From positions 14,458 through 78,457 of the forward strand of contig CAVRIW010000009.1 in assembly GCA_963721375.1 (NCBI GenBank): a DNA stretch of 64,000 nucleotides, in the 5' to 3' direction. Numbering within the stretch: the stretch's first letter is position 1; each line of letters starts with the position of its first letter. This document shows positions 47,109 through 57,765 of the stretch, one piece after another. Source of the stretch: an uncultured beta proteobacterium. GTDB lineage: Bacteria; Pseudomonadota; Gammaproteobacteria; Burkholderiales; Gallionellaceae. The notes under the pieces are model-generated. The model made no database searches. It saw only the letters and a program-made list of their open reading frames with translations, and was not told where the DNA came from. A program made the position numbers and the translations under genes.

Positions 47109-48199
47109 TTTTCACCCTCGCTGTGATGCGCAAGTCGTTGCCCACATGGCGCACATCCTGCCATGCCAACTCCACACGCTGATCGAGCTGCACCAGCTCG
47201 CCCAGATTCGCCATGCCGCGCGCGGCATCGCCCAACAGTTGCGGTGCCAGATACAGCACCAGCTCATCCACCAGACCCGCTTTGAACAAGGCGCCGTTCA
47301 AGATGCGCCCCGCCTCGACCAATACCTCGTTGATGCCACGCTGTGCCAGGTCACGCATGACTACCGACAGGTCAACTTGCCCGTGAGTTGCTCCTACAGA
47401 AAGCTCTACCACCTCCGCGCCGCGCGCCTGCAATGCCGCGTGTTTATTTGCATCTGACGATGCGGTGTAGATCAGAACTTTTCCATCCTGCAAGATTCTG
47501 GCTTTGGGAGACATGCGCAGCTGGCTGTCCAGCACCACGCGCAACGGTTGTCGACCGGTTTCAATCCCCCGCACATTGAGCTGCGGGTCGTCTGCCAGCA
47601 CCGTGCCGACACCCGTCAGCACGGCACAGGAACGTGCGCGCCAATGCTGCACATCGCGTCGCGCCGCCTCGCCAGTGATCCATTGACTGGTGCCGTTCGC
47701 CAGCGCGGTGCGCCCATCCAGACTTGCCGCGATCTTGCTGCGCACCCAGGGTGTGCCGCGTGTCATGCGCGAGAAAAAACCGAGGTTCAATTCACGCGCG
47801 GAGGCCTCCATCAGACCGCATTCGACGTCGATTCCTGCGGCGCGCAATTTGGCGAGGCCTTGCCCGGCAACCAGGGGGTTGGGATCTTGCATGGCCACCA
47901 CCACGCGCGCAACACCCGCTGCGATCAGCGCGTCGGCGCAGGGCGGCGTGCGTCCATGATGGCTGCACGGTTCCAGGGTCACATAGGCAGTCGCGCCGCG
48001 CACCGCCTCACCTGCGGCACGCAAGGCGAGCACTTCGGCATGCGGCTCACCGGCGCGTTCGTGCCAGCCTTCGCCGATGACCGTGTCATGCTTCACCAGC
48101 ACACAGCCGACGCGCGGATTGGGCGAGGTCGTGTACAGCCCGCGCTCTGCCAGTTGCAGCGCACGCGCCATCCACTGACTGTCCGTTGCGTGCGAGCAT
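47101..48199 (-). CDS. ribD: Bifunctional deaminase/reductase RibD (extra base near start)
   Basis: PNPRVG, HAE, TLEPCSHHGRTPPC, SLDGR, VEAG. Confidence 0.96.
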
Positions 48200-48202
48200 G
48201 GC

Positions 48203-48679
48203 TCAGTCCGTTTTCCGGCGACGCACGTTCGGCTTGCTCACCGCATCGATGGCATCCGAAAAATCACCGACGTCCTGGAAACTTTTATACACCGAGGCGA
48301 AGCGGATGTAGGCCACCTTGTCCAGCTTGAGCAGTTCTTTCATCACCATCTCGCCGACCTGACGCGAGCCGATCTCGCGCTCGCCCAGTGCAAAGACTTT
48401 TTGCGTGACATGATCGATGGCGGCATCGACCAACTCGGTGGAAACCGGGCGCTTGTGCAGCGCACGGGTAAAACTGGTGCGCAACTTGTCCGCATCGAAC
48501 TCGCTGCGCATGCCGTTCTGCTTGACCACCTGCGGCATGCGCATCTCCACCGTCTCATAGGTGGTGAAACGCTTTTCGCACGACACACAACGGCGACGGC
48601 GGCGAACACTGTCGCCTTCCTCGCTTTCGCGAGTGTCCACCACTTGGGTGTCGGGTCCTTTGCAGAAGGGGCATTTCAT
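48203..48679 (-). CDS. nrdR: Transcriptional repressor NrdR (alternative in-frame start at 48757)
   Basis: [32 protein letters not shown]. Confidence 0.97.
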   Translation of the reverse strand: MKCPFCKGPDTQVVDTRESEEGDSVRRRRRCVSCEKRFTTYETVEMRMPQVVKQNGMRSEFDADKLRTSFTRALHKRPVSTELVDAAIDHVTQKVFALGEREIGSRQVGEMVMKELLKLDKVAYIRFASVYKSFQDVGDFSDAIDAVSKPNVRRRKTD

Positions 48680-48759
48680 GGGGAAGAGGGAAGGATAAAG
48701 GGAGAAGGGTAAGAAGCCGCGAGCTTCCCTTTCCCCTTCCCTCTTATCCCTTCTCATGG
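48676..48759. repeat. Heptamer-built palindromic element flanked by TCATGG direct repeats
   Basis: GGGAAGA-GGGAAGG-ATAAAGG-GAGAAGG arm and CCCTTTC-CCCTTCC-CTCTTAT-CCCTTCT arm; TCATGG at 48676-81 and 48754-59. Confidence 0.8.
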
Positions 48760-48760
48760 C

Positions 48761-50009
48761 TTAAGCGCCATACACCGGGAACTGTGTGGTCAGCTTCTTC
48801 ACTTCGCCTACCACGCGTGCGATCACAGCTTCATCGTGCGGCGCATCCAGCACGTCGGCGATGAGGTGAGCCAGCTTCTCCGCTTCCAGCTCCTTGAAGC
48901 CGCGCGTGGTCATCGCGGGAGAACCGATGCGGATACCGGAAGTAACGAAAGGCTTCTCGGGATCGTTGGGGATAGCGTTCTTGTTCACGGTGATGTGAGC
49001 CTTGCCCAATGCGGCTTCGGCATCTTTACCGGTCAATTTCTTGGCGCGCAGGTCGACCAGGAACACATGGCTGTCGGTACGGCCGGAGACGATGCGCACA
49101 CCGCGCTCGGTCAACACTTTCGCCATCACGCGTGCGTTGTCGATGACTTGCTTCTGGTATTCCTTGAACTCTTTGCTTCGCCGCTTCCTTGAACGCCACG
49201 GCCTTGGCGGCGATGACGTGCATCAGCGGTCCGCCTTGCAGTGCGGGGAAGATCGCAGAGTTCAGCGCCTTCTCGTGTTCGGCTTTGGCCAGGATCAGGC
49301 CACCGCGCGGGCCGCGCAGGGTCTTGTGGGTAGTGGTGGTGACGAAGTCGGCGATGCCGACCGGATTGGGGTAGTAGCCCGCCGCGACCAGGCCCGCATA
49401 GTGCGCCATGTCCACGAACAGATAAGCGCCGACGCTGTCGGCGATGGCGCGGAAACGCTTCCAGTCGATCACCAGCGAATAGGCGGATGCACCCGCCACG
49501 ATCATCTTCGGCTTGTGCTGTGTTGCCAGCGCTTGCACCTGGTCGTAGTCGATCTCTTCTTTTTCATTCAGGCCGTACTGGATGGCGTTGTACAGCTTGC
49601 CGCTGATGTTCACCGAGGCGCCGTGGGTCAGGTGGCCGCCGTGCGCCAGGCTCATGCCGAGGATGGTGTCGCCCGGCTTGAGCACCGAGACGTACACCGC
49701 CTGGTTGGCCTGCGAACCGGAGTGCGGCTGCACGTTGGCGTATTCCGCGCCGAACAGCGCTTTGGCGCGGTCGATCGCCAGTTGCTCGGCCACATCCACA
49801 TACTCGCAGCCGCCGTAGTAGCGCTTGCCGGGATAGCCTTCGGCGTATTTGTTGGTGAGCTGGCTGCCCTGCGCTTCCATCACCGCCGGGCTGGTGTAGT
49901 TCTCCGAGGCGATCAGTTCGATGTGATCTTCCTGACGGCGGGTTTCATTCTGGATCGCGCTCCAGAGTTCGGGATCGGTAACAGCGATGGTGTTTTTGCG
50001 CGAGAACAT
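48761..50009 (-). CDS. glyA: Serine hydroxymethyltransferase, one extra base ~49178
   Basis: [34 protein letters not shown]. Confidence 0.98.
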
Positions 50010-50094
50010 GACGAGCCTTCCAAATAAGGGTGAACAAGAAAGGCGCGCATTTTATCACGGCACGCAACGAATACTCCAGAAAGCCTGAATGCAG

Positions 50095-50149
50095 CCCACG
50101 GATATACACAGCATGCACACGGCATTATTGTTGAACAGCTTTATCCGTG
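50095..50149. repeat. Degenerate copy of the 41120 palindrome family
   Basis: CCACGGATATACAC left arm; CACGGATA/TATCCGTG IR at 50097-104 / 50142-49. Confidence 0.5.
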
Positions 50150-51526
50150 ACGACCCGAAGCTGATTTGCTGCTTGAATCAGCTTGCCCGGCAACCGACAT
50201 GCGCTCGATCAGCACCGAGCCGCACTGGCGCGAGCCCTGCACCAGCACGTCGTTGCCGATGGCGACGATGTCGCGGTACATCTCTTTCAGATTGCCGGCG
50301 ATGGTGATCTCTTCCACCGGATACTGGATCTCGCCGTGCTCCACCCAGAACCCCGCCGCACCGCGCGAATAGTCGCCGGTGACCGGATTGACGCCGTGCC
50401 CGAGCAACTCGGTCACCACCAGCCCGCGCTGCATCTTGCGCAGCAGTCCGGCGAAATCCAGCTCGCCGTGCCCGACGATCAGGTTGTGGGTGCCACCGGC
50501 ATTGCCAGTGGTCTGCATGCCCAGCTTGCGCGCGCCGTAGCTGCCCAGAAAATAGCCGCGCAATACGCCCGCTTCGACGATGGTTCGACGCCGCGACTGC
50601 ACGCCCTCGCCATCGAAGGGGCTGCTCGACAAACCGCGAGGAATGTCCGGCACATCATCGATACGCACAAGGTCGGAGAACACCGGGCGCTCAAGCTGAT
50701 CCATCAGGAAGGAAGATTTGCGGTACAGGCTGCCGCCGCTCACGGCATTCACAAAGTGCCCGAACAGGCTGGCCGCCACCGGGGCTTCGAACAACACCGG
50801 ACATTGCATGGTCGGCAGTTTGCGCGCCTTGAGGCGGCGCACGGTACGCTCTGCGGCGATGCGTCCGATCTCTTCCACGCGCAAGATCTCGCGGGCATCG
50901 CGTGCCACGCTGTACCAATAGTCGCGCTGCATGCCATCGCCCTTGCCGGCGATCACCGAACAACTCATGCTGTGGCGCGAAGTGGGGTAACCACCCATGA
51001 AGCCCAGGCTGTTGGCGTGCACGAAATTCGCCTCATGCACGCTGACCGACGCCCCCTCGGAATTGACGATGCGCTTGTCGGTGCGATACGCCGCCTGCTC
51101 GCATTCTTGCGCCAGGACGATGGCCTGCTCGACATCGATCTGCCACGGGTGATACAGGTCGAGATCGGGGAATGTTGTGGCCAGCTGGTCCGCATCGGGC
51201 AGCCCCGCGCATTCGTCTTCGGCGGTGAAGCGCGCGATATTCAGCGCCGCATCCACGGTGTCATGCACCGCCTGCGCGGAAAAGTCCGAAGTGCTGGCGT
51301 TGCCGCGTTTTTGGCCGAGATAGACGGTGACGCTCAAGCCTTTGTCGCGGTTGTATTCGATGGTTTCCACCGCGCCCTGACGCACGCTGACGGTCTGGCC
51401 AAAACCCTCGGAGACCTCGGCGGCGCTGGCCGAAGCGCCCTGTTTTTTGGCATAGCTGACAATGTCTGACGCCAATTGGCGCAGCATGTCCGGGGTTGGC
51501 GAAACGGTTTTAACGGGGGCGTGCAT
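50141..51526 (-). CDS. pmbA: Metalloprotease subunit PmbA/TldE
   Basis: DLDLYHPW, LYRKSSF, PFDGEG, TGDYSRGAAGFW, EITIAGNL. Confidence 0.95.
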   Translation of the reverse strand: MHAPVKTVSPTPDMLRQLASDIVSYAKKQGASASAAEVSEGFGQTVSVRQGAVETIEYNRDKGLSVTVYLGQKRGNASTSDFSAQAVHDTVDAALNIARFTAEDECAGLPDADQLATTFPDLDLYHPWQIDVEQAIVLAQECEQAAYRTDKRIVNSEGASVSVHEANFVHANSLGFMGGYPTSRHSMSCSVIAGKGDGMQRDYWYSVARDAREILRVEEIGRIAAERTVRRLKARKLPTMQCPVLFEAPVAASLFGHFVNAVSGGSLYRKSSFLMDQLERPVFSDLVRIDDVPDIPRGLSSSPFDGEGVQSRRRTIVEAGVLRGYFLGSYGARKLGMQTTGNAGGTHNLIVGHGELDFAGLLRKMQRGLVVTELLGHGVNPVTGDYSRGAAGFWVEHGEIQYPVEEITIAGNLKEMYRDIVAIGNDVLVQGSRQCGSVLIERMSVAGQADSSSKSASGRHG

Positions 51527-51594
51527 AAATTTTTTCGTCCGGCGAATGCTGCGGGGGCGCTATCATATCAACATCTTTAGCCTTGCAGACACCC

Positions 51595-52113
51595 ATGATG
51601 AGACCACACGAACAACACGATGACGACCTGGAAGAGCTGCCACCCAGCAAGACCAAGATCAAGAAGCAGATGCTCGACTTGCAGAGCCTCGGCAAAACAC
51701 TGACCGGAGTGTCTACCGAGAAGCTGCGCGAATTGGACCTGCCCGAGAATCTGCTGGTAGCGCTCACCGAATACAAACGCATGACCAAGTTCGGCGCACT
51801 GAACCGCCAACTGCAGTACATCGGCAGGCTGATGCGCGATGTGGATCCCGCCCCTATCCAGGCGAAACTGGAAGCATGGAGCGGCACATCCCGCCACCAC
51901 ACCGCCTGGCTGCATCAGGTCGAGCAGTGGCGCGACCGTTTGCTGGAAGAGGGTGATGCGCTGACCGAGTTGCTGGCCGCCTATCCGCAAGCCGATGCAC
52001 AGCAGCTGCGCACTTTGATACGCAATGCGCAAAAAGAAAAAGAGCTGATGAAGCCACCGAAAAGTTATCGCGAGATCTTCCAGATACTGCGCGACATCAT
52101 CCCCGAACCATGA
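51595..52113 (+). CDS. yjgA: Ribosome biogenesis factor YjgA/DarP
   Basis: PSKTKIKKQM, RQLQYIGRLMR, EQWRDRLL; divergent from pmbA. Confidence 0.92.
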   Translation: MMRPHEQHDDDLEELPPSKTKIKKQMLDLQSLGKTLTGVSTEKLRELDLPENLLVALTEYKRMTKFGALNRQLQYIGRLMRDVDPAPIQAKLEAWSGTSRHHTAWLHQVEQWRDRLLEEGDALTELLAAYPQADAQQLRTLIRNAQKEKELMKPPKSYREIFQILRDIIPEP

Positions 52114-52769
52114 GTGGTCTGTTACCCCACATCACTCTGCTCAGCGGCCGCGATCCGCAATACAGCATCATCTGGCTGCATGGTCTGGGTGCGAACGGTG
52201 AGGATTTTGTGCCCATCGTCGAGGATATCCACTTGCCGCACGCGGTGCGCTACATTTTCCCGCATGCACCAAAACGCCCGGTCACCATCAACGGCGGTTT
52301 CATCATGCCGGCGTGGTACGACATCAGTAGCGAAGATATCGGCGCGGAATCCGATGCAGCCGGCATCCGCGCATCCGCGCAGGAAGTGGACAAGCTGATC
52401 GAACAGGAAATACAGCGCGGCATCGCCGCGTCGCGCATCTTTCTTGCCGGATTCTCACAGGGTGGAGCGATCGCCTTGTACGCCGGATTGCGTTGGCGGG
52501 AAAAATTGGGCGGGATTCTCGGACTCTCCACTTACCTGCCGCTGGCGGAAAACTTGTCGAACGAAGCCAGCAGCGAGGCATTGAATACACCCATCTTCAT
52601 GGCGCACGGACTCAGCGATCCGGTCGTGCCTTATGCATTGGGCAAAGCTTCAGCGGAGGAATTGCTGCGGCGCGGCTATGCGCTGGAGTGGCACGAATAC
52701 GCAATGCCGCATACGGTGTGCATGGAAGAGATCAACGCAATCGAACAGTGGCTGATACCAAGGATGTAA
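52110..52769 (+). CDS. Carboxylesterase/phospholipase (alpha/beta hydrolase)
   Basis: WLHGLGA, MPAWYDI, GFSQGG, HGLSDPVV. Confidence 0.92.
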   Translation: MSGLLPHITLLSGRDPQYSIIWLHGLGANGEDFVPIVEDIHLPHAVRYIFPHAPKRPVTINGGFIMPAWYDISSEDIGAESDAAGIRASAQEVDKLIEQEIQRGIAASRIFLAGFSQGGAIALYAGLRWREKLGGILGLSTYLPLAENLSNEASSEALNTPIFMAHGLSDPVVPYALGKASAEELLRRGYALEWHEYAMPHTVCMEEINAIEQWLIPRM

Positions 52770-52777
52770 CTTCCCTG

Positions 52778-54325
52778 CTATTCCTCGCTTGCCGCATCCT
52801 GTTCCATCATCCGGTAGCGGGCAAGATCGTGATCCTCCCCGCGCTCGACCAGTGCCAGCGGCAACAACAAATAGCCTTTGCCGTTCAGCTGCATGGTCAA
52901 GCTGCGGCTTCCCGTATAAGTTTCCGGTTTCATCAGTAGCCACGCCTCCCCGCTGGAATCGGAGGGGCGGTTCAAATACATGCCGACCAGATCACTCTCG
53001 GCACCCGGCAAGGAAGGATCGGACAAGGCCACGCCGACGAAGCGGGGGCTCAATATCTCGACACCGATGTGCAGATTATCCTTGGCATCGCGGCTCAGGC
53101 GTCGTATCACACCTGCCCCCCAATGCGAGATACTCTCCGGCCTGCTGCCGAGGAGCGTGCCGATCTTGACGCCATCGGCGCGCGCCAACGGCACTACGCT
53201 GCGGAAACCGGTGGCACTGATGTCTTCCACCTCCCATACGTCGCTCTCATCCACGCCGAAATTCAGGCCGATGTCGGTTTTTTCCAGCATCTTGAAAAAG
53301 CCGTTGGCCACGTTCAGGCTCACATTGATCTTGCGGCGCGGATGGCGGCGCGTCGCCGGCGGCAAGATGAGGCCTTGCAGCAAACGCTGTGCGACATCGC
53401 GCACCAGTTCCGCTTCGAATTTGGCCCCGTACAGGTTGAGATTGTCCGGCACGATGCCCTTGTCCAGCGTCTTGATCAGGCTTTCCAGCTGCAGCTTCAT
53501 CCCTTCCGCATCGATGTAGCGCAATGCCGGATGCAGCGTGGTCTCTGCCGTGACACGCATAGGCGGCGTGGGCTGTGCGGTGTCGAACACGTACAACCCC
53601 GCCCCGTTGTACGAATTGCTGATCTGCAGCCCCTTGCCCAGATTGGCGAAAAGACGCTCGCTGATATGTTCCTGCAGGGGATTCAGAGTCCCCGAGCTCG
53701 TGCCATACCAGGCGATCAGCGCTGCGAACTCCTGCGACACGGATGTATTCACAGCGGGATAGATGACCACCGGCTCAAGCTGAAGACCTTGTGTTTCGGC
53801 CAGACCATAGTACCCAGCCAGGCGATTCCAGAATGTGGGGTCCACCAGGGTATAGCGCGCCGCCGCAAGTTTGAGTCGGCTGGCGATGGCCGCGATACCG
53901 CGCGCGCACACCAAGGAGATATCCGCCTTGATGGCAGACGCACCTTTCGCCCCCTCGCGATATCGGCTCAACACTTCGTTGTGGCACAGGTCGCTTTGGG
54001 TATAGTAGGTTTCCAGCAACGACCACAGGCGGTTTTCCTGGAATTTGGACAGCGGCTGAATGGAGAAGTAGTCGTGGAGCAGCTTGCGCAGATGCGGTTG
54101 CGCGGTTTGGTCGAACAGCCGCAACACCGCCCAATGGTGGTCCAGACGAAAATCCTTTGCTTCCGCGTGCAGCGTCTCCAGCCACTCGCTCAATTCCTGC
54201 AATGCTTTAAGCGAATCGGTCTTGGAAATGTCGTCCAGCAAAAGCTGGGCCGACTTCATATCTGCCAAGGGGTGATCCGATCTTTTTCCAAACAATCCCA
54301 ACACTACTCTAGTCTCCCTGCGCAT
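52778..54325 (-). CDS. Helical protein with C-terminal PilZ-like motifs (FimW-like candidate)
   Basis: RRHPR (RxxxR) followed by DISATG (DxSxxG); GVIRRL..IGVEIL beta-barrel pattern. Confidence 0.65.
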   Translation of the reverse strand: MRRETRVVLGLFGKRSDHPLADMKSAQLLLDDISKTDSLKALQELSEWLETLHAEAKDFRLDHHWAVLRLFDQTAQPHLRKLLHDYFSIQPLSKFQENRLWSLLETYYTQSDLCHNEVLSRYREGAKGASAIKADISLVCARGIAAIASRLKLAAARYTLVDPTFWNRLAGYYGLAETQGLQLEPVVIYPAVNTSVSQEFAALIAWYGTSSGTLNPLQEHISERLFANLGKGLQISNSYNGAGLYVFDTAQPTPPMRVTAETTLHPALRYIDAEGMKLQLESLIKTLDKGIVPDNLNLYGAKFEAELVRDVAQRLLQGLILPPATRRHPRRKINVSLNVANGFFKMLEKTDIGLNFGVDESDVWEVEDISATGFRSVVPLARADGVKIGTLLGSRPESISHWGAGVIRRLSRDAKDNLHIGVEILSPRFVGVALSDPSLPGAESDLVGMYLNRPSDSSGEAWLLMKPETYTGSRSLTMQLNGKGYLLLPLALVERGEDHDLARYRMMEQDAASEE

Positions 54326-54412
54326 TGGCGCTTTATCGGTCGTAATATAAGCACAATTCGTGGCCGATGCCTACATCCATAACGGTCTATATATTTTCCA
54401 TATACATACAAG

Positions 54413-55108
54413 ATGATTTCGTTATTGCTCAAAGATAGCCCCTTCCCCCCGTTGGCACAGGCCCTGGCACAACCGAACGGCCTGCTCGCGGCAGGTGGCG
54501 ACCTGTCGGTAACGCGTTTGCTGGATGCCTATCGGCACGGCATATTCCCCTGGTTCGGACAGGATGATCCCATCCTGTGGTGGAGCCCAGATCCGCGCAT
54601 GGTGCTGTTTCCCAGCGAATTCAAACTCTCGCATTCCCTGCGCAAGACGCTGCGCAAAGGGGCTTTCGAAGTGCGCACCGACAGCGCCCTCGAACAGGTC
54701 ATGCGCGCCTGCGCCGCGCCGCGCGAAGGCGAGAGCGGCACCTGGATCGTGGAGGAGATGATCGCCGCCTATTGCGAGTTGCACCGTCTGGGCTATGCAC
54801 ATTCAGTCGAGGTGTGGATGGAAGGCGAACTGGTCGGCGGGTTGTACGGTGTTGCCATCGGTCGCATGTTCTACGGCGAATCCATGTTCAGCCGCCGCAA
54901 CGATGCATCCAAAATCGCGCTCGCCCATCTGGCACGCCAGCTCGAACGCTGGAACTTCGGCATGATCGACTGCCAGATGCACACACCGCATCTCGCCTCG
55001 CTGGGTGCTCGCGAAATTCCCCGCGCGGAATTCATCGCACGGCTACAGGAATTGATAAACTGCGCACCCGTGGCTCACTTCCAGTTCGATCCCGACTTGT
55101 TCCGATGA
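54413..55108 (+). CDS. aat: Leucyl/phenylalanyl-tRNA--protein transferase
   Basis: [35 protein letters not shown]. Confidence 0.96.
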   Translation: MISLLLKDSPFPPLAQALAQPNGLLAAGGDLSVTRLLDAYRHGIFPWFGQDDPILWWSPDPRMVLFPSEFKLSHSLRKTLRKGAFEVRTDSALEQVMRACAAPREGESGTWIVEEMIAAYCELHRLGYAHSVEVWMEGELVGGLYGVAIGRMFYGESMFSRRNDASKIALAHLARQLERWNFGMIDCQMHTPHLASLGAREIPRAEFIARLQELINCAPVAHFQFDPDLFR

Positions 55109-55848
55109 GTTTATTAAACGACATCCCGCTTTCCTCCATCCAGCTCTACCTGACGGCACCCTATCCGTGCAGCTATTTGCCCGGACTGGAAGCAAGGTCT
55201 CAGGTCGCCACGCCGGCGTTCCTCATCAACGCTCCGCTCTATTCGGAACTGGTGCGTCACGGCTTTCGCCGCAGCGGCACGTTCACTTACCGCCCGCGCT
55301 GCGACGGCTGCCGGCAATGCGTCCCGGCACGTGTGGTGGTGGCGGGTTTCCAGCCTTCGCGCTCACAGCGCCGCAGCTGGAAGCAACACGGCGACCTGCA
55401 GATCAGCCTGCTTCCATTGCAAGACAAGCCCGAATACTTCGAGTTGTACAGTCGCTACCAGCAAGCCCGCCATGCCGATGGCGGCATGAATGACGACGAC
55501 CCGGAGCAATACCGCAACTTCCTGCTGCAAAGCCATGTCGACACCCTGCTGGTCGAGTTTCGCGAAAACGATGTGCTGCGCATGGTGAGCATCGTGGATG
55601 TGCTGGATGACGGCTTGTCTGCGGTCTATACCTTTTACGATACGACCGTGCCCCACACCAGTTTCGGCACTTTCAACGTGCTGTGGCAGATCGAACTGTG
55701 CCGCAAGCTCGAACTGCCCTACCTGTATCTCGGCTACTGGATAGAGCACTCCAACAAGATGGCATACAAAGCCAAGTTTCAGCCGCTGCAAGGTTTGCAG
55801 GACAATACCTGGCAGGCTATCGCCCCCGCATCGGAAAGCCACTCATGA
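55105..55848 (+). CDS. ate: ATE-family aminoacyl-tRNA--protein transferase (Bpt/Ate)
   Basis: [34 protein letters not shown]. Confidence 0.93.
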   Translation: MSLLNDIPLSSIQLYLTAPYPCSYLPGLEARSQVATPAFLINAPLYSELVRHGFRRSGTFTYRPRCDGCRQCVPARVVVAGFQPSRSQRRSWKQHGDLQISLLPLQDKPEYFELYSRYQQARHADGGMNDDDPEQYRNFLLQSHVDTLLVEFRENDVLRMVSIVDVLDDGLSAVYTFYDTTVPHTSFGTFNVLWQIELCRKLELPYLYLGYWIEHSNKMAYKAKFQPLQGLQDNTWQAIAPASESHS

Positions 55849-56734
55849 AGACACGCCTCGCCATTTTCACCGCAACCCTGCTGCTGCTCCCCTACGCCGG
55901 CATGCTGCTGAGCGGCGGGCAGTGGGATGAACTGACCAGCCCCGCTGCCGCAGCGACGGCTACAGCCCCCTTGCTCGTCACCCTGCTCGTCCTGTTGTGC
56001 TACACGCTGCTCAGCAATTTCATCGTTACGCGGCGCTCGGGCAACAACCCGTTCAAGTTACAGCGCAATTATTTTTTCGCCGTGGCCGTCGCCAGCGGCG
56101 CGCTGGGCTGGTTGCTGGTCTATCTCGATCACTACGCTGCGAACTGGCTGACCGAGGTTCCATCCGACGTGACTGCGGTGGCAATGCAAACGCTGCTGTT
56201 CGCCCTGCTGGCGCCTGCCGTATTGAGCACGCGCGCACTGCTCGGCTTCGTTCGGTGGCTTGCTCAAACGCCTGTCGCGCTCGCTGGTATTGCCCGCCCC
56301 GGCCCACGACACGGCGGCATTCATGCTCGCGCCGCTGGCCTTGTTGGGATTGCTGGGCGGCGCGGCATGGCCCGCGCAACTGTTCTGGCTGTTGTGGAGC
56401 GCACCGCTGTTGCTGCTGATCGCGCTGCAACTGCTGTGGCACGAGAGCACGATCTTTTCCGGCCTCGCTCGCGGCGACTGGGGACGTGTCGTATGTGCTG
56501 CGCTGTCTGGCCTCGTGGTCGGCAATCTCGCGACAGTGACATTCCAGTTGGCGGGCGGAACACTCATCCTGCAACTGCCCAACGCGGTGTTCGCCCAAGC
56601 TGGGTTATGTCCTGTTCGGCCTGCTCTGCCTGCAACTCGGCGATGTCATCGCCGAAAACTGGCGCGGCAAGACACGCGCCCAAGTGTTCAAGAAAAAAGC
56701 CTTCCCTATCCCTGTTGTCGTCAAGAAAGACTGA
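55845..56734 (+). CDS. Hypothetical multi-pass membrane protein (two frameshifts)
   Basis: ATGA overlap with ate; hydrophobic segments continue across frames; ends [13 protein letters not shown], 3 nt before pyrD. Confidence 0.65.
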
Positions 56735-56737
56735 ACC

Positions 56738-57765
56738 ATGTTCCAACTGCTGCGCCCCGCCCTGTTCGCCCTCGATCCCGAGACCGCCCACCACGCCACG
56801 CTCGATGCGCTGAAGACCGCGCATTGCCTGGGCACGCTGCGCTTGATCGTCAAACGCCCGGCGGACGATCCGCGCAAGGTGATGGGACTGACCTTCCCCA
56901 ATCCGGTCGGCTTGGCGGCCGGACTGGACAAGAACGGCGCCTACATCGACGCGCTCGCCGCGCTCGGTTTCGGCTTCATCGAGATCGGCACCGTCACGCC
57001 GCGCCCGCAGCCCGGCAATCCCAAACCGCGCATGTTCCGCCTGCCTGCAAGCACAGGGCATCATCAACCGCATGGGCTTCAACAACGACGGCGTGGATGC
57101 GCTGGTCGAGAACGTGAAGCGCGCCAAGTACCAAGGCATCCTCGGCATCAACATCGGCAAGAACGCCGACACGCCCATCGAGAAAGCGGCCGACGATTAC
57201 CTGATCGGCCTGCGCAAGGTGTATGCACACGCCAGCTACGTCGCCATCAACATCTCCTCGCCCAACACCAAGAACCTGCGCCAGTTGCAGGGCGGCGACG
57301 AACTGGATGCGCTGCTCGGACAACTGAAAGCGGAACAGGAGAAACTGGCGCAGCAACACGGCAAATACGTGCCGCTGGCGGTGAAGATCGCGCCCGACCT
57401 CGACGCAGACCAGATCAAACAGATCGCCGCACTGCTCATCAAGCACCGCATCGACGGCGTGATCGCCACCAACACCACGCTGTCGCGCGAAGGGCGTGGA
57501 GGACCTGCCGCACGGCAACGAGACCGGCGGACTTTCCGGCGCACCCGTGCGCGACAAATCCACCGCCGTCATCCGCCAGCTCGCTGCCGAGTTGCACGGC
57601 GCACTGCCCATCATCGGCGTGGGCGGCATCTTGAAGGGCGAGCACGCGCTGGAGAAGATGCAGGCCGGTGCATCGCTGGTGCAGATGTACAGCGGCATGA
57701 TCTATCGCGGCTGGGATTTGATAAGCGAGTGCGCGACAGCAATAAAACAAGCGGGGGTTAAATAA
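56738..57765 (+). CDS. pyrD: Quinone-dependent dihydroorotate dehydrogenase (two frameshifts)
   Basis: [45 protein letters not shown]. Confidence 0.96.

Noticed and set aside
50010-50140. ZTP or glycine riboswitch upstream of glyA
   Set aside because: No recognisable consensus; the region is explained by a promoter-like TGATAAAAT and a degenerate repeat.
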